A stretch of DNA of 64,000 nucleotides, from contig NC_043014.1 of assembly GCF_006345805.1 (NCBI RefSeq), positions 39,618,001 to 39,682,000 of the forward strand. Reading direction: 5' to 3'. The stretch comes from Octopus sinensis. Taxonomy: Eukaryota. Below are positions 11,644 to 24,663 of this stretch, piece by piece. The number at the start of each line of letters is the position of its first letter. Position 1 is the stretch's first letter. A program made the position numbers and the translations under genes. The notes beneath the pieces are model-generated. The model was not told where the DNA came from. It worked only from the letters and a program-made list of their open reading frames with translations, and did no database searches.

Positions 11644-13940
11644 CAGTTGTACCTATATAGCCATCACAAACCTTCTCACATAAGTATCAATGACACAGTT
11701 TATTACCCCCTCTTAAAATAGTTTCAAGTTAACGACCACAAAAGGAAACAAAACGTGCTAAGTGGGAATTCCTAACAGCTAACATACTGTTGCTGTACAT
11801 AACAGTACGATGGTTGGTGAGATAAAAAATTTGCACGATTCAGTCAATGTTTCGTCACTGAAAGTCATATCCTAGATATTCATGAGTTACACAAGCAGGA
11901 ATAATGTGCCTGATAAATTTGACAATATCTTTAAAAACAGTTCGTGAACTCAGAACAATGCTGGCTAAGTATAAACGGATGTTTGCCTGGTTAAGCTTAT
12001 GCTGTTATGTTAACAATTGGTCACCTGATAAACAGTCACGTCAAGTTATGAAGCGTTGTATATGGAGCATAATAATAATGAAATATCATGTGATGATGAG
12101 AAAACAAGGTCTCTGCTCTGCTAGATAGGTTTGGCTACAGCAACTCGAGCTCTGCACTGCAAGCAACAAAGTCCCCTTAACAATAGAGTGCTATACGTGA
12201 GCAATCTCATTTGTCCTGCGTGCGTGTGTTTGAACGTCTTTATCTTTATTTCATTCCTAACAACCGTCTGATGTCACGAGAAGGTGAAATCAAATAGTTT
12301 AACTTGCTGTGGTTGTTCTTATCACTTTTACTAGTAGTTTTGCAATTATTGTTGCATTTCGTTTAGGTCTCCTGTAAGATCTATTGGCCAAGTCCTTCGA
12401 GTATCGAATTACTTTGTGGTAATTGTTACGGGATTCTCCACTCTGGTCTTCTTCTTCTTCTCATCTTCTTCTTCTTCTTCCAATCAGGACTCACGCCATT
12501 AGCCACAAAGAATAATCTCCAATTCGAGCCTACTCTAAGCTACTAAGAATGCGTGTGGAAACTTGAAGATCCATCCAACACACGCGATAGACTGGCGGTT
12601 TCGCGGACACGAAAGCTACGTTGTTATCCTCATTCCGTAAACGGTGGCTTTTAACGGGTGGAGAGCTGAACCATCTTGGGGTACAAAGGATTCGCAATCT
12701 AGACTTGGGTCTGAAAGTTTACCACACCATAGTGGGTTACACCATGGTTCCTCTGCTTTAAGGCAGAAGTAGGAAGAAAGAGTGAGAGAAAATTGTGGTG
12801 AAAGAGTACAGCAGGGTTTGCCACCACCCCCTGTAAGAGCCTCGTGGAGCTTAGGTGTTTTTGCTCATTAAACACTCACAATGCCCGGTCTGGGAATCGA
12901 AACCGCGTTCTTACGACCGCGAGTCCGCTGACTTAACCACTGGGCAATTGCGCCTAAACACGGCTGTGGTTGTACTTGGAAAGAGAAGGGCTCCACTGGG
13001 GCTAAAAATGCCCAAGACACGCTGTATATCACAACGGCGCCCCTTCCACTCTGTCAAGAAGTTGACGACCCAAAGTTAGACAAGGCATATATATATTTCT
13101 TTACTGCCCACAAGGGGCTAAACATAGAGGGGACAGACAAACGGATTAAGTCGGTTACATCGACCCCAGTGCGAAACTGGTACTTTATTTATCGACCCCG
13201 AAAGGATGAAAGGCAAAGTCGACCTCGGCGGAATTTGAACTCAGAACGTAGCGGCAGACGAAATACCTATTTCTTTACTACCCACAAGGGGCTAAACACA
13301 GAGAGGACAAACAAGGACAGACAAACGGATTAAGTCCATTATAATCGACCCCAGTGCGTAACTGGTACTTAATTTATCGACCCCGAAAGGATGAAAAGCA
13401 AAGTCGACCCTCGGCGGAATTTGAACTCAGAACATAACGGCAGACGAAATACGGCTACGCATTTCGCCCGGCATGCTAACGTTTCTGCCAGCTCGCCGCC
13501 TTGTAAAAATGAAATTCTAGCAAGTAATAAGAACTCGTTAGACATAATTAAAATTATATAAATAGCATGTTTCTTGTTACGACAGAATTTTTTTTTTCTC
13601 TGGCGATACTGCATCTGTCCAACGTAATTGAATGTGAAAATAGATTCATATAAATAGATCCAATAAAACAGATTCAATAAATCATTTGAATTCAAAGAAT
13701 CTGTGATTTTCTTCCTTTCAAATTAAGGGGTAACGTCGGCGTAAATAAATATTTGGGGTAAATAGGTTAAAAAAGTTCCCCGACCCCTGGTTTACTTGAA
13801 TAAATTGACTGGCCCCAGTACTCATTTTTTTAATCTGGAAATTAGTCTAGCGGTATATTTTATCAAATCGCTAAGACAGGGGATGTAAACAAGACAACAC
13901 TGGTTGTCAAACATAAAGAGACACACACACATACATACAC

Positions 13941-14062
<122 letters not shown>

Positions 14063-15889
14063 AATATATATATATATGCGACAGGCTATCACAGAATTTC
14101 CGTCTACCAATTCATTTCACAAGGTTACAAGGTATTGGTTGCCCCGGGGGCTATCGTAGAAAACCGCTATCATGGAAGACACTTGCCCAGGGTACTGTGC
14201 AATGACACTGAACCCTAATCCAGGTGGTTCCAAACCGACCGTGTAAACTACAGACCCGGACCTGTAAAAAAATCATTTTATATCTTCAGATTGTTCTCAC
14301 TGTACCAACTGGCCAGTTCTGAAGCTTCTCTTATTTAGTTGGCAAGAAATCCCTTAACCTGTGGAGGCGCGTGGCTTAGTGGTTAGGGTGTCAGCATCAT
14401 GATCGTAAGATTGTGGTTTCGATTCCTAGACCGAGCGACGCGTTGTGTTCTTGAGCAAAACACTTCATTTCACGTTGCTCCAGTCCACTCAGCTGGCAAA
14501 AATGAGTAACGTTGCGATGGACCGGCGTCCCGTCCAACTGGGGAACACATACGCCATAGAAACCGGGAAACCGGGCCCATGAGCCTGGCTAGGCTTTAAA
14601 AGGGCGCATATATTTTTATTTAAATTCCTTAACTTGGATAAGATAAAACAGTCACAGACAAGTTATAGAAGATGCCGGAAGTTGTTTGACTTTGGTCTAG
14701 TCATGAGCAAACTGCGGCCCGGAGTGCTTCCTGAATGGCACATATAACGAATAATTACCATAATTTTTTTTTTGTGGTGGGGTGCGGCCATGTCTCATGC
14801 AGTTTGCTTCTCGGAAAAGGTTACTCATTTCTTCTTTCTTCCTATGTCCTTCACCGAGCAAAATCATTCCAAATGAATATAACTTATTTGTTGTTGTTGT
14901 TGTTTTGCTTTCCACCTATAATAATGAAAATACTAATACTGCGGAAGTATTGAGTATTGTAGTCTATTGTAAACAATGCTTTTTCCTTTCCCAGTCACAT
15001 AATTTTAAAGCATATTTCTGCCAATAATCAACCAGAAGTTTGGCTTGAATTTACAAAACATTCGGCTGTTTGACACTACTTCACGTCCCAGCATACTTTC
15101 TATTCAGCTGTCATTTGCTAATTTGCTAATTATAATAATTATACTTAGTTGGCTTCACAATTAATATTTAATTGTTAAATGTCCGTTGATCGGAGCCATC
15201 CACTTTGGCAGAAGAGCACAAATGATTTGGCATAACTAAAGTCTGTCGTTAGCAGCCGACAACATCGTCTGCAAAGCTTGGCTTCATAGCAATTTATTTA
15301 AAGCTGACCCACTTTTACGCAACGAAGATGACGTTTGCTGTTTCGTCAATATCTTATGACATGGCTACAGTAAATAGATCGCTGCACTCAGGCAAGCAAA
15401 TTCGCACACATATTCATGCATACGTGTAGGTATACATACATTTGTATTAACGTGCATGCATACGAAATACGTACGTGCATACTGGCATGCATACGTGCAC
15501 ACACATCCATCCATAGATACACATACATGCACACACATACACACGCATATACATATATAGATATACAAATAGATACATATACATGCACACTTAAACACAC
15601 ATACATACATGCACACTGACGTACATAGATGCACACATACATTCCTACATTTATGCATACACATACATATCTGTGATAGCATTGAACAATTTCCCAAGGG
15701 TACCTTCTGCAACAAGGAAAATATTAAGTGTAGGAAAGCTACCAAACCTGAAGTGGAGGCTTAAAACAACATGTATGTGTGTGTGTGGTAAACCTATATA
15801 ATCCTGGTTACGATATATAACTATTCAGAATGTTACTGTTGGCTTTTGTGTCGAAACTAACGATCAAGCTAGCAAGTTAGGTATCTATC

Positions 15890-16290
15890 TTTTATCTTTT
15901 ACTTGTTTCAGTCATTTGACTGCAGCCATGTTGGGGCGCCGCCTTGAAGGGTTTAGTCGAACAAGTCGAACCCAGGACTTATTTTTTAGGTTTAGTACTT
16001 ATTCTATTGGTCTGTTTTTGCCGAACCGTTATTTTACGGGAACGTAAACACACCAACACCAGTTGTCAAGCGGTGGTGGAGGAGAAACAAAGACACACAC
16101 CCACACTCAGATATTTACAAATATATACGATGGGTTTCTTTCAGTTTCCGTCGACTAAATCCACTCGCAAGGCTTTGGTCGGCTCGAGGCTATAGTAGAA
16201 GACACTTGTTGAAGGTGCCACGCAGTGGTACTGAACTCAGGACCATGTGGCTGGGAAGCAATTTTGTTACCACACTGCCACGCTTGTGCC
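15890..16290 (-). mobile_element. SINE family A, minus copy
   Basis: Other minus copies approx. 3343-3499, 13880-14270, 17975-18338, 21830-22190, 23315-23480, 38025-38375. Confidence 0.85.
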
Positions 16291-16316
16291 TATCTATCTA
16301 TCTATCTATCTATCTG

Positions 16317-16359
<43 letters not shown>

Positions 16360-16521
16360 CGTTGGTGATTTTCTTCCTCCGTCTTCCTTTTCTATTGGAT
16401 TTTCCTCTGCTCGAAACGTTAAACCATCTTTCTTTCCCTCAGCGTCTGCTAATACTTTACATGTACCACGTCCTTGCGTTGTTGTTTTTTTTTGTGTTTG
16501 TTCGTTTTTTGTGGGGGGTTA

Positions 16522-16592
<71 letters not shown>

Positions 16593-16595
<3 letters not shown>

Positions 16596-17215
16596 AAGGA
16601 CTGTATCAAGTCCTCATTAGAGGCCTGTGATATTTAAAAAGCACGTATTCTTCATGAAGAATTCAAGCGTGCTACTCGAAAGCGCACTGCTAGCGTAGTG
16701 AATGGGGAAGCTTGGTCTGCAATGTTTGCAGTCGTGTATGCTTGTCAAGAGCAGGGCTCATTAGCAACCAACGGAGCCGCAAATGCAAAATATACGTTAG
16801 TCCTAGAGCGCACAATGTTCCTTAAGGTCAGCAATGGTCCTCCTGATCACCTGTGGACGGCCATCATATGTGTGTGTGTGTGTGTTTATGCCATGCTTGT
16901 ATAGTATGAATACGTGCGTGCAGGTATATATGCGTGTATATATTATGCATGAATGTCCCATGGAAGATCAACTATATGCAACATCCTTCCTCCTAGACAG
17001 GGTAATTGGATGAGTGGAGTGTGTGTAAAGGCTTGCAAATCGATTTTGAGTTTTGAAGAGAGATATACGGCAGTACACAGAGATCATATCTTACAAAGTG
17101 ATCCGATCAATCCAGAGCAAGTTACAGCTTTTATTTGTCACCTATGCTTCAGACCATGTAAATTTGCAATGAGACTGAATAGAGATCTGAAAGGTCATAG
17201 GCGGAAGATCTGAAA
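16593..17215 (+). mobile_element. Degenerate RTE-clade LINE ORF2 C-terminus, interrupted
   Basis: FKDCIKSSLEACDI (16593-16634), then GNWMSGVCVK...SFEER...FICHLCFRPCKFAMRLNRDLKGHRRK (16953-17213), resembling the RTE KD.LK.SL...W...FE..R...CxxC tail. Confidence 0.6.
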
Positions 17216-18093
17216 TGCCGTTGAAAATGAGGAAGCTCAGAGAGACGGCAATTATCTTGAAGATGAGGTAATCATCATACATATATGCTTGTATGCACAA
17301 ATGCATGTATGTATATTCTTTTTCTGGTTTCATGGATTTTAAGCAGTTACACCAACTCAATAATTATTGTTTTCTACCTGGGAAGAATAAAAGGCAAAAT
17401 CGATTTGAGGGATATGTGAGCTCTTACGAGGGATACATGATTCCGTTTACGCATGACAAAATACGTAAATAATGAATCCACAGCGATGCGATGTTCAAAG
17501 AAAATGAGAGGACGTTCGGTGAAGATGGAGGAGGTGTAAGTTGTGTAATATGATGCAATGAGGTCACGCGTGATCACGTAACCGACCAGATGGCGGTTGC
17601 ACATCGATCACGTGACCGACCAGATGTTATTGCACATCGGTGGTCACAACGCGTTTTGCATTGTTTTAACCTTCCAATGATGCCACCCCGCTGGCTAGGC
17701 AAGTAGGTCTACACCCCCCACCTCAAGAAAGGGATATTCGCGTGACATGAAACGAAGTGCTTTGCTCAAGAACAAAACGCGTCGCTCAATCAGGAAATCG
17801 AACCCACGATCTAGCGATCGTGAGTTCAACAGCCTAACCTCGAGGCCAGGTCCTTTCACCTAGGCCACGCACCTTCACCTAAGCCTCACGCCTTCACACG
17901 CACCTTGACGAGATGAGGTAGCACATTAATAATAATCATTGTAGACGTAGGAGCGGCTGTGTGGTAAGTAGCTTATTCTATCGGTTTTTTTGCCGAACCG
18001 TTAAGTTACGGGGACATAAACACACCAGCATCGGTTGTCAAGCGATGGTGGGGGGACAAATACAGACACACATACACACACACACACACAAAC

Positions 18094-18173
<80 letters not shown>

Positions 18174-19600
18174 TATACGACGGACTTCTTTCAGTGTCCG
18201 CCTACCTAATCCACTAACAAGGATTTGGTTGTCCCGAGGCTATAGTAGAAGACACTTGCCCAAGGTGCCACGCAGTGGGTCTGAACCCGGAACCATGTGG
18301 TTGGTAAGCATGCTACTTACCACACAGTCACTCCTGCGCTTAGTTGTTCTTTTTTTTTATGTTCTCGGATACAGAAAGATTGGCGTCGACAACTTTTCGT
18401 TTATCCCAAGTCAATAAGATAAGTATTAGTCATACGGTGAGATCGATCCTATCAACTTTACCTGTCGCTTACTTAGTCATCAACAAATATGTTACGTTGG
18501 GCCAACAAAGGAATTTCTATGCAGTCGCTTGACTTGCAGAAATAGCAAGCAAATCTCACTCAAATAATATCTTACCACCTTAAAGTATAAGGGGACTCGG
18601 TAGATAATGTAGTCTCAGACACTTCTAAAAATAAAATCGGACGGCCATATCTGTGAATACCTTTGAGTGTGTGATAGCTCGATCAGTATTAAGCCAGAGC
18701 CAAACAACAACGTATGTAGCCATGAGTCAAACTGAGAAATCAATAATAACACTGAATATATAAATATATATTTGTGTTTTGAATAGGTTTACATATGTTC
18801 TTGTATACGTATATAGTTATTTGTTTACGATATCTCAGTTAGTGTCACAGCGATGATTGCAGTTGACTAACGTTAACTGCACAGATTTTGATAGACTTTA
18901 AAGGTTAAGGCGGCGAGCTGGCAGAAACGTTGGCACACCGGGCGAAATAATAAATATATAAATGCGCCCTTTTAAAGCCTGGCCAGGCTCATGGGCCCGG
19001 TTTCCCGGTTTCAATGGTGTATGTGTTCCCTAGCTGGACGGAACGCCAGTCTATCGCAGCGTTACTCATTTTTGCCAGCTGAGTGGACTGGAGCAACGTG
19101 AAATGAAGTGTTTTGCTCAAGAACACAACGCGTCGCCCGGTCCAGGAATCGAAACCACAATCTTACGATCATGATGCTGACACCCGAACCACTAAGCCAC
19201 GCGCCTCCACTCACTGGGCGAAATGCTTAGCGGTATTTTGTCTGCCGCTACGTTCTGAGTTCAAATTCCGCCGAGGTCGACTTTGCCTTTCATCCTTTCG
19301 GGGTCGATTAAATAAGTACCAGTTATGCACTGGGGTCGATATGATCGACTTAATCCGTTTGTCTCTCCTTGTTTGTCCTCTCTGTGTTTAGCCCCTTGTG
19401 GGTAGTAAAGAAATAGGTATTTCTTCTGTCTTCGTGTTCTGAGTTCAAATTCTGCCAAAGTCGACTTTGCCTTTCATCCTTTCGGGGTCGATTAATTAAG
19501 TGCCAGTTGCGTACTGGAATCGATCTAATCGACTGCCCCACCTCCCCCAAAATTTCAGGCTTTGTGCCTAGACTAGAAAAGATTTTAACGCGAAGTTGTG

Positions 19601-20216
19601 GGATCTTTTCCTTTTGAACGGCACACAATTTCTAGTTAACTTAACACTTTAAAACTTCGTATACTGGTAGAGTGTGTCAAAATAAAACATTTTTTCTCTT
19701 GGCTTTCTTGATAAAATTGTAATTCGTTTGTTCAACGTAGTTTAATTTTTCGAATTTTAACCAATGAATCGCCTCTAATTGAGCTAAAATCATTTGCTGC
19801 GTCTAAAACTGAGACAACATCCTGTCACTAAACTACACCTCAATATTTTGTTTGTTAATTGTTTAAATTATTTTCCATTGCTTTCGTTTTTTTTACACGC
19901 GTAACAATTAAATTAATTTAACAATCAAGAAAAAAAAATTTAGGGTTAGGTTAGGGTGAGGTGTAGGGTTTTTGATAGGATGTTGTCTCAGTTTTAGACG
20001 CAGCAAATGATTTCAGCTCAATGGAGGTAATCGATTGGTTAAAATTGCCGAAATGCTCGAAATTTCAGACGAAATATCTTACAAACTATAGAATTTTCTC
20101 AATAAAACCAAGAGAAAATGATGTTTTATAAACACATTCTACCAGTATACGAAGTTTAAAATTTTTTAGTTACCTAGAAATTATGTTACAAAGTGCCGTT
20201 CAAAAGGAAAAGATCC
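19601..20216. mobile_element. Related long-TIR (about 225-240 bp arms) foldback element of the same superfamily
   Basis: Both arms resemble one end of the MITE; inner 42-bp arms 19782-19823 and 19977-20018 differ at 1 base; flanks aagttgtg / aagttgat. Confidence 0.85.
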
Positions 20217-20798
20217 AAGTTGATCGTAAGTAAAAAATACTGAGGTTGATTCATTCGACTGAAAATTCTTCAAGGCGGTGCCCCAGCATCGACGCTGTCT
20301 AACGACTGAAACAAGTAATAAAAAAGTAATAAAAATAAAAGATATTGCCCCAATTCAGCCCCAAATTATTTATGGTAACAATACAGGAAATATAATTTTG
20401 TTTCCTTCAATGTATACCATTATAAGAAGTGGAGGAGAGCAGAAGAGTTCATTCCAAAAATATACTTTCTGTATTTAATGCTGAAACTTTGAAACATGAG
20501 CTCCAAATTGACATCTGAGTAAGATAATATTTTTGACATTTGGCGTGAATAAACTTGTTTATGATACTTAAAAATCTTGCTTAAAGTTCATCAATGATTA
20601 TTAGCGCAACATTGTTAAGCGCACTTTGATTCATAATGTTTATTTGGGTAATTTTTTTGTTTCTGTTTCCTATGTTTTGTTTTTGTTTTTGTTTTATCCT
20701 TTGAGCTTTGGAAATCGCTGTTTACCACTGCATAAGAGTCGAAATACAAACAACAAAATCCACTAGGAAAGATTTCAAGTTGGTTTTCTGTAAATAGG

Positions 20799-20804
20799 TC
20801 TTTT

Positions 20805-20836
<32 letters not shown>

Positions 20837-21052
20837 TTCTTTCTTTCTTTCTTTCCTTCCTTCTTTCTTTCTTTCTTCTTCTTCTTTCTTTCTTTCTTCT
20901 TTCTTTCTTTCTTTCTTTCTTCTTCTTTCCTTCTTTCTTTCTTTCTTTTTTCCTTCCTTCTTTCCTTCCTTCCTTCTTTCTTTCTTCCTTCTTTCTTTTT
21001 TTCTGTCCTTCCTTCCTTCTTCCTCCTTCCTTCCTTCTTCTTTTTCCTTCCG

Positions 21053-21089
<37 letters not shown>

Positions 21090-21272
21090 TTTCTTCCTTC
21101 TTCTTTCTTTCTTTCTTCTTCTTTCTTCTTTCCTTCTTTCTTTCCTTCCTTCTTCTTCCTTCCTTCTTTCTTTCTTTCCTTCCGTCTTTCTTTCCTTCCT
21201 TCTTTCTTTCTTTCTTTCTTTCTTCTTTCCTTCTTTCTTTCCTTCTTTCTTTCTTTCTTTCTTTCTTTCCTT
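20799..21272. repeat. About 470-bp polypyrimidine (CTTT/CTT/CCTT) tract
   Basis: Almost exclusively C/T on the plus strand. Confidence 0.95.
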
Positions 21273-21436
21273 CAAATGGGCAACAAAATTAGTTTTCAAT
21301 GACTCACTAAGTTGCCCATACAGCTTTATGGATATACAGACAATAAAATAAGAAGACATCTACACATTATCTTTGATGTAAGTGTAACACACACGCACAT
21401 ACATGCACACACAAACATAATTTAATACATTTATAA

Positions 21437-21477
<41 letters not shown>

Positions 21478-21634
21478 TGATGGATTCTCTCGTCGGATCC
21501 CTGGTTACTATTCTGGTTCAGAGTAGACCCGAGAACAATTGTGGTTAAAAGGTGTTCTACACTCCTCAAAAACTCGGAACTCCCGAACCAAAGCTACACA
21601 ACCGGATGCAGTTTAAAGCCATACTCAGGACAAA

Positions 21635-21751
<117 letters not shown>

Positions 21752-23092
21752 TATACTTAAACACACATATATATTTATTTATATATATATATTTACATAA
21801 CATTCACATTAGTTATCTTTTACATGTTTCAGTCATTTGAAGGGTTTTAGTCGAACAAATTGACCTCAGGACTTGTTTTTTTATAAGCCTGGTACTTATT
21901 CTATCGGTCTCTCATGGCAGAACTGCTAGGTTACGCAGATGTAAACACACTAACACCGGTTGTCAAGCGGTGAAAAGGGACAAACACAGACATAGAGACG
22001 TGCGCACATACACACATTTATGTATATATGCAACGGGCTTATTTCAGTTTCTGTCTACCAAATCCACTCACAAGGCTCTAGTCGCCCCGTGGCTATAACA
22101 GAAGACATTTGCCCAAGGTGTCAACGCAGTGGGATTGAACCGGGAACCATGTGGTTGGAAAGCAAGCTTCTTACCACACAGCCATACCTGTGAAAGGGGT
22201 CTAAATGGATTTTAGTAGGGTTGTTTTTTTTAATCTTTTATCGAGTGCCTTTTACTTGTTTCATGAACAGAACTGTGACCATGCTATAGTGTACCTATTT
22301 CTTTATTACCCACAAGGGGCTAAACACAGAGGGGACAAACAAGGACAGACATAGGTATTAAGTCGATTACATCGACCCCAGTGCGTAACTGGTACTTAAT
22401 TTATCGACCCCGAAAGGATGAAAGGCAAAGTCGACCTCGGTGGAATTTGAACTCAGAACGTGACGGCAGACGAAATACCGCTAAGCATTTCGCCCGGCGT
22501 GCTAACGTTTCTGCCAGCTTGCCGCCTTGCTATAGTATACCGCCTTGAAGAATTTAGTAGCACAAATCGACATAAACAAACCAACACTGGTTATCAAGCG
22601 TTGTGGCGAAGGACAAACTCAGAGACATGAACATACACATACACACACGTGTGTGTGTGTGTAGACAGATAAGATAGATATGGCCGGCTTATTGGATTAC
22701 CCAGGGTTTAACGTCCATAAAGCGCTTAGCTTCACAGCATCTCTTCAGAAACTAAACCGGCCATAACTAACTTTATCTAATTAACTGCTCTATAACTTAA
22801 GGTGTGCTTCTCTTTCAGATTTATGATGTAATGACGATACGGCTTCGAATGACCCGTCCTTGTTTTTTTGTATCGCCTATCTGGATGTTTTGTTGTCCCT
22901 TTTTGTATCACCTAGTTGTCCGGATGTTTTGCGTTCTTGTCCCATTTTGTATTTTATATATATCACGGGATCACGGGACCGACCAGACCATCAGATGTTG
23001 TTACACATCGCTGGTCACAATGCGTTCGCATTGTTTTAGCCTTCAAATGACGCCGCCCCGCTGGCTAAGCGAGCAGGCCAATATATATATAT

Positions 23093-23155
<63 letters not shown>

Positions 23156-23314
23156 CAGGCGCGGTCCCAGGAATTTTTCGGAGGGCACAAAGTCAGAAGG
23201 AAATACAATTCCAGGAGAAAAGGGTGTAATAATATTATTTAGAAAGGCGCACTTCTTTTCGGAGGGGGGGACGAGCACCCTCAGCGCTCCCCCCCCCCCT
23301 TGGGTCCGCCCTTG
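23156..23314. mobile_element. Short MITE, TIR caggcgcggtcccagg / cttgggtccgcccttg, flanked by ATA
   Basis: Imperfect 16-bp TIR; 3-bp ata on both sides (PIF/Harbinger-like TSD length). Confidence 0.65.
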
Positions 23315-23885
23315 ATATATATGACGTGCTTCCACACAGTTTCAGTCCAACAAATCCACTTACAAGGCACTGATCAGCCGAGGCGGTCGTAAAAGACACT
23401 CAGGGTACCTTGCGATGAAACCGAACCCAAAACCGCGTGGTTGCAAAGCGAGTGTCTTAAGCACAGAGCTATACCTGCACCCAAGAGAAAACATGATTCG
23501 GCATTAGTTTAATCTGGTTCTGCCTACCACAATTCGAAGAACAATTTCTAAAAGGAACATGACTTTATCAGCAATTCATCATGTGACCAAAAAGTTTTAT
23601 TAATTTTTTTTCTTCCGAGTATCAAAGGTCTCCACGTACACTGGTGCAGTTATTGTTCGACCACAAATACGAAACTGAGAATGAACAGTAACGATAAAAC
23701 GTTTCTGCGTGTAAATGGCTAGTGTTGTGATTTGGTATTGAGTTGATACGGACCAGATGAACACAAATTCTGTGGAGACTTTAAATACAAAAATATTTAC
23801 TCTTATCATTAACTACTAAATTTTGTCGTTATCAAGAATAACATTCGTCGCTATCTTGCGTTTCTTGGAGTGAGCTGGTTAGAGA

Positions 23886-24053
23886 ATGTATAGTTGCAGA
23901 CGACACCATCGTCAACGTCGTCGACATTGTCCTGGTGCAACGGACACTGCGCTAGTCTGCTTTCTGGTTTTCTACTGCTATCTGCTCCAGCTTCCATTGG
24001 CTAGTGGCAAACATATACAACCGATAGTCTCTGCAGGAAAAGCGCGCCAATGA
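23886..24053 (+). CDS. Candidate 55-aa small ORF with signal-peptide-like N-terminus (unknown product)
   Basis: MYSCRRHHRQRRRHCPGATDTALVCFLVFYCYLLQLPLASGKHIQPIVSAGKARQ*. A at -3 of the ATG; lies in a repeat-free CpG-rich island; below the ORF-track cut-off. Confidence 0.3.
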   Translation: MYSCRRHHRQRRRHCPGATDTALVCFLVFYCYLLQLPLASGKHIQPIVSAGKARQ

Positions 24054-24095
24054 TTTTATTCTAGTCCGCCAGAAGTTTTTGAATGGTTTAATGAT

Positions 24096-24111
24096 TTGAT
24101 GACGTCATCAA
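24096..24111. promoter_or_regulatory. Perfect 16-bp palindrome containing a CRE/ATF site (TGACGTCA)
   Basis: ttgatgacgtcatcaa; CCAAT motifs nearby (plus strand near 24047, minus strand near 23995-24000). Confidence 0.35.
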
Positions 24112-24243
24112 TATTTGGGCGAATCACGTTCGTGTTACGGAGCTGTTTGTTTGTATCGGATAGCGGTCCCAGTTCCGTTTCTCAGTGTTTTGTGACTGCC
24201 AAATATTCATGCGGCAAATCTAAATAACTAAAACACTAACAAA

Positions 24244-24663
24244 GGATCTTTTCGGTTTGAACGGCAGTTTTTAACATAATTTCCACGTAACTAAACACTT
24301 TTAAACTTCGTATACTGGTAGAATGTGTTTATAAAATATCTTTTTCTCTTGGCTTTATTGAGAAAATTCTATAGTTTGTAAGATATTTGTTGTCGTTTTT
24401 TTCTTTAATTTCTGCAATTTCAACTAATCACTGACGTCTATTGAGTTAAAAAGCATTCTGTGCCGTATGAATATGTCCCTCGTTTAAGAAACAGATTGGG
24501 TTTATTTACATTTGTGAAGAAAAAAAAGATACCATTCCCCCCACCCCTAACCCTAACCCTAAAACAGACTGAAATGCAATAGATCGATACTAGGGTCATA
24601 ATTATGGGTGACAATTTCATATGACACCGCTAGAAAAAACTGCCGTTCAAACCGAAAAGATCC
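24244..24663 (+). mobile_element. Same MITE family, copy with perfect 8-bp TSD
   Basis: TSD ctaacaaa on both sides. Confidence 0.92.

Noticed and set aside
20775-21359. 194-aa K/E/R-rich ORF
   Set aside because: Reverse translation of the (CTTT)n tract.
24051-24053. Selenocysteine call for the in-frame UGA
   Set aside because: No known Sec motif and no SECIS identified by eye; kept only as a test within the sORF finding.
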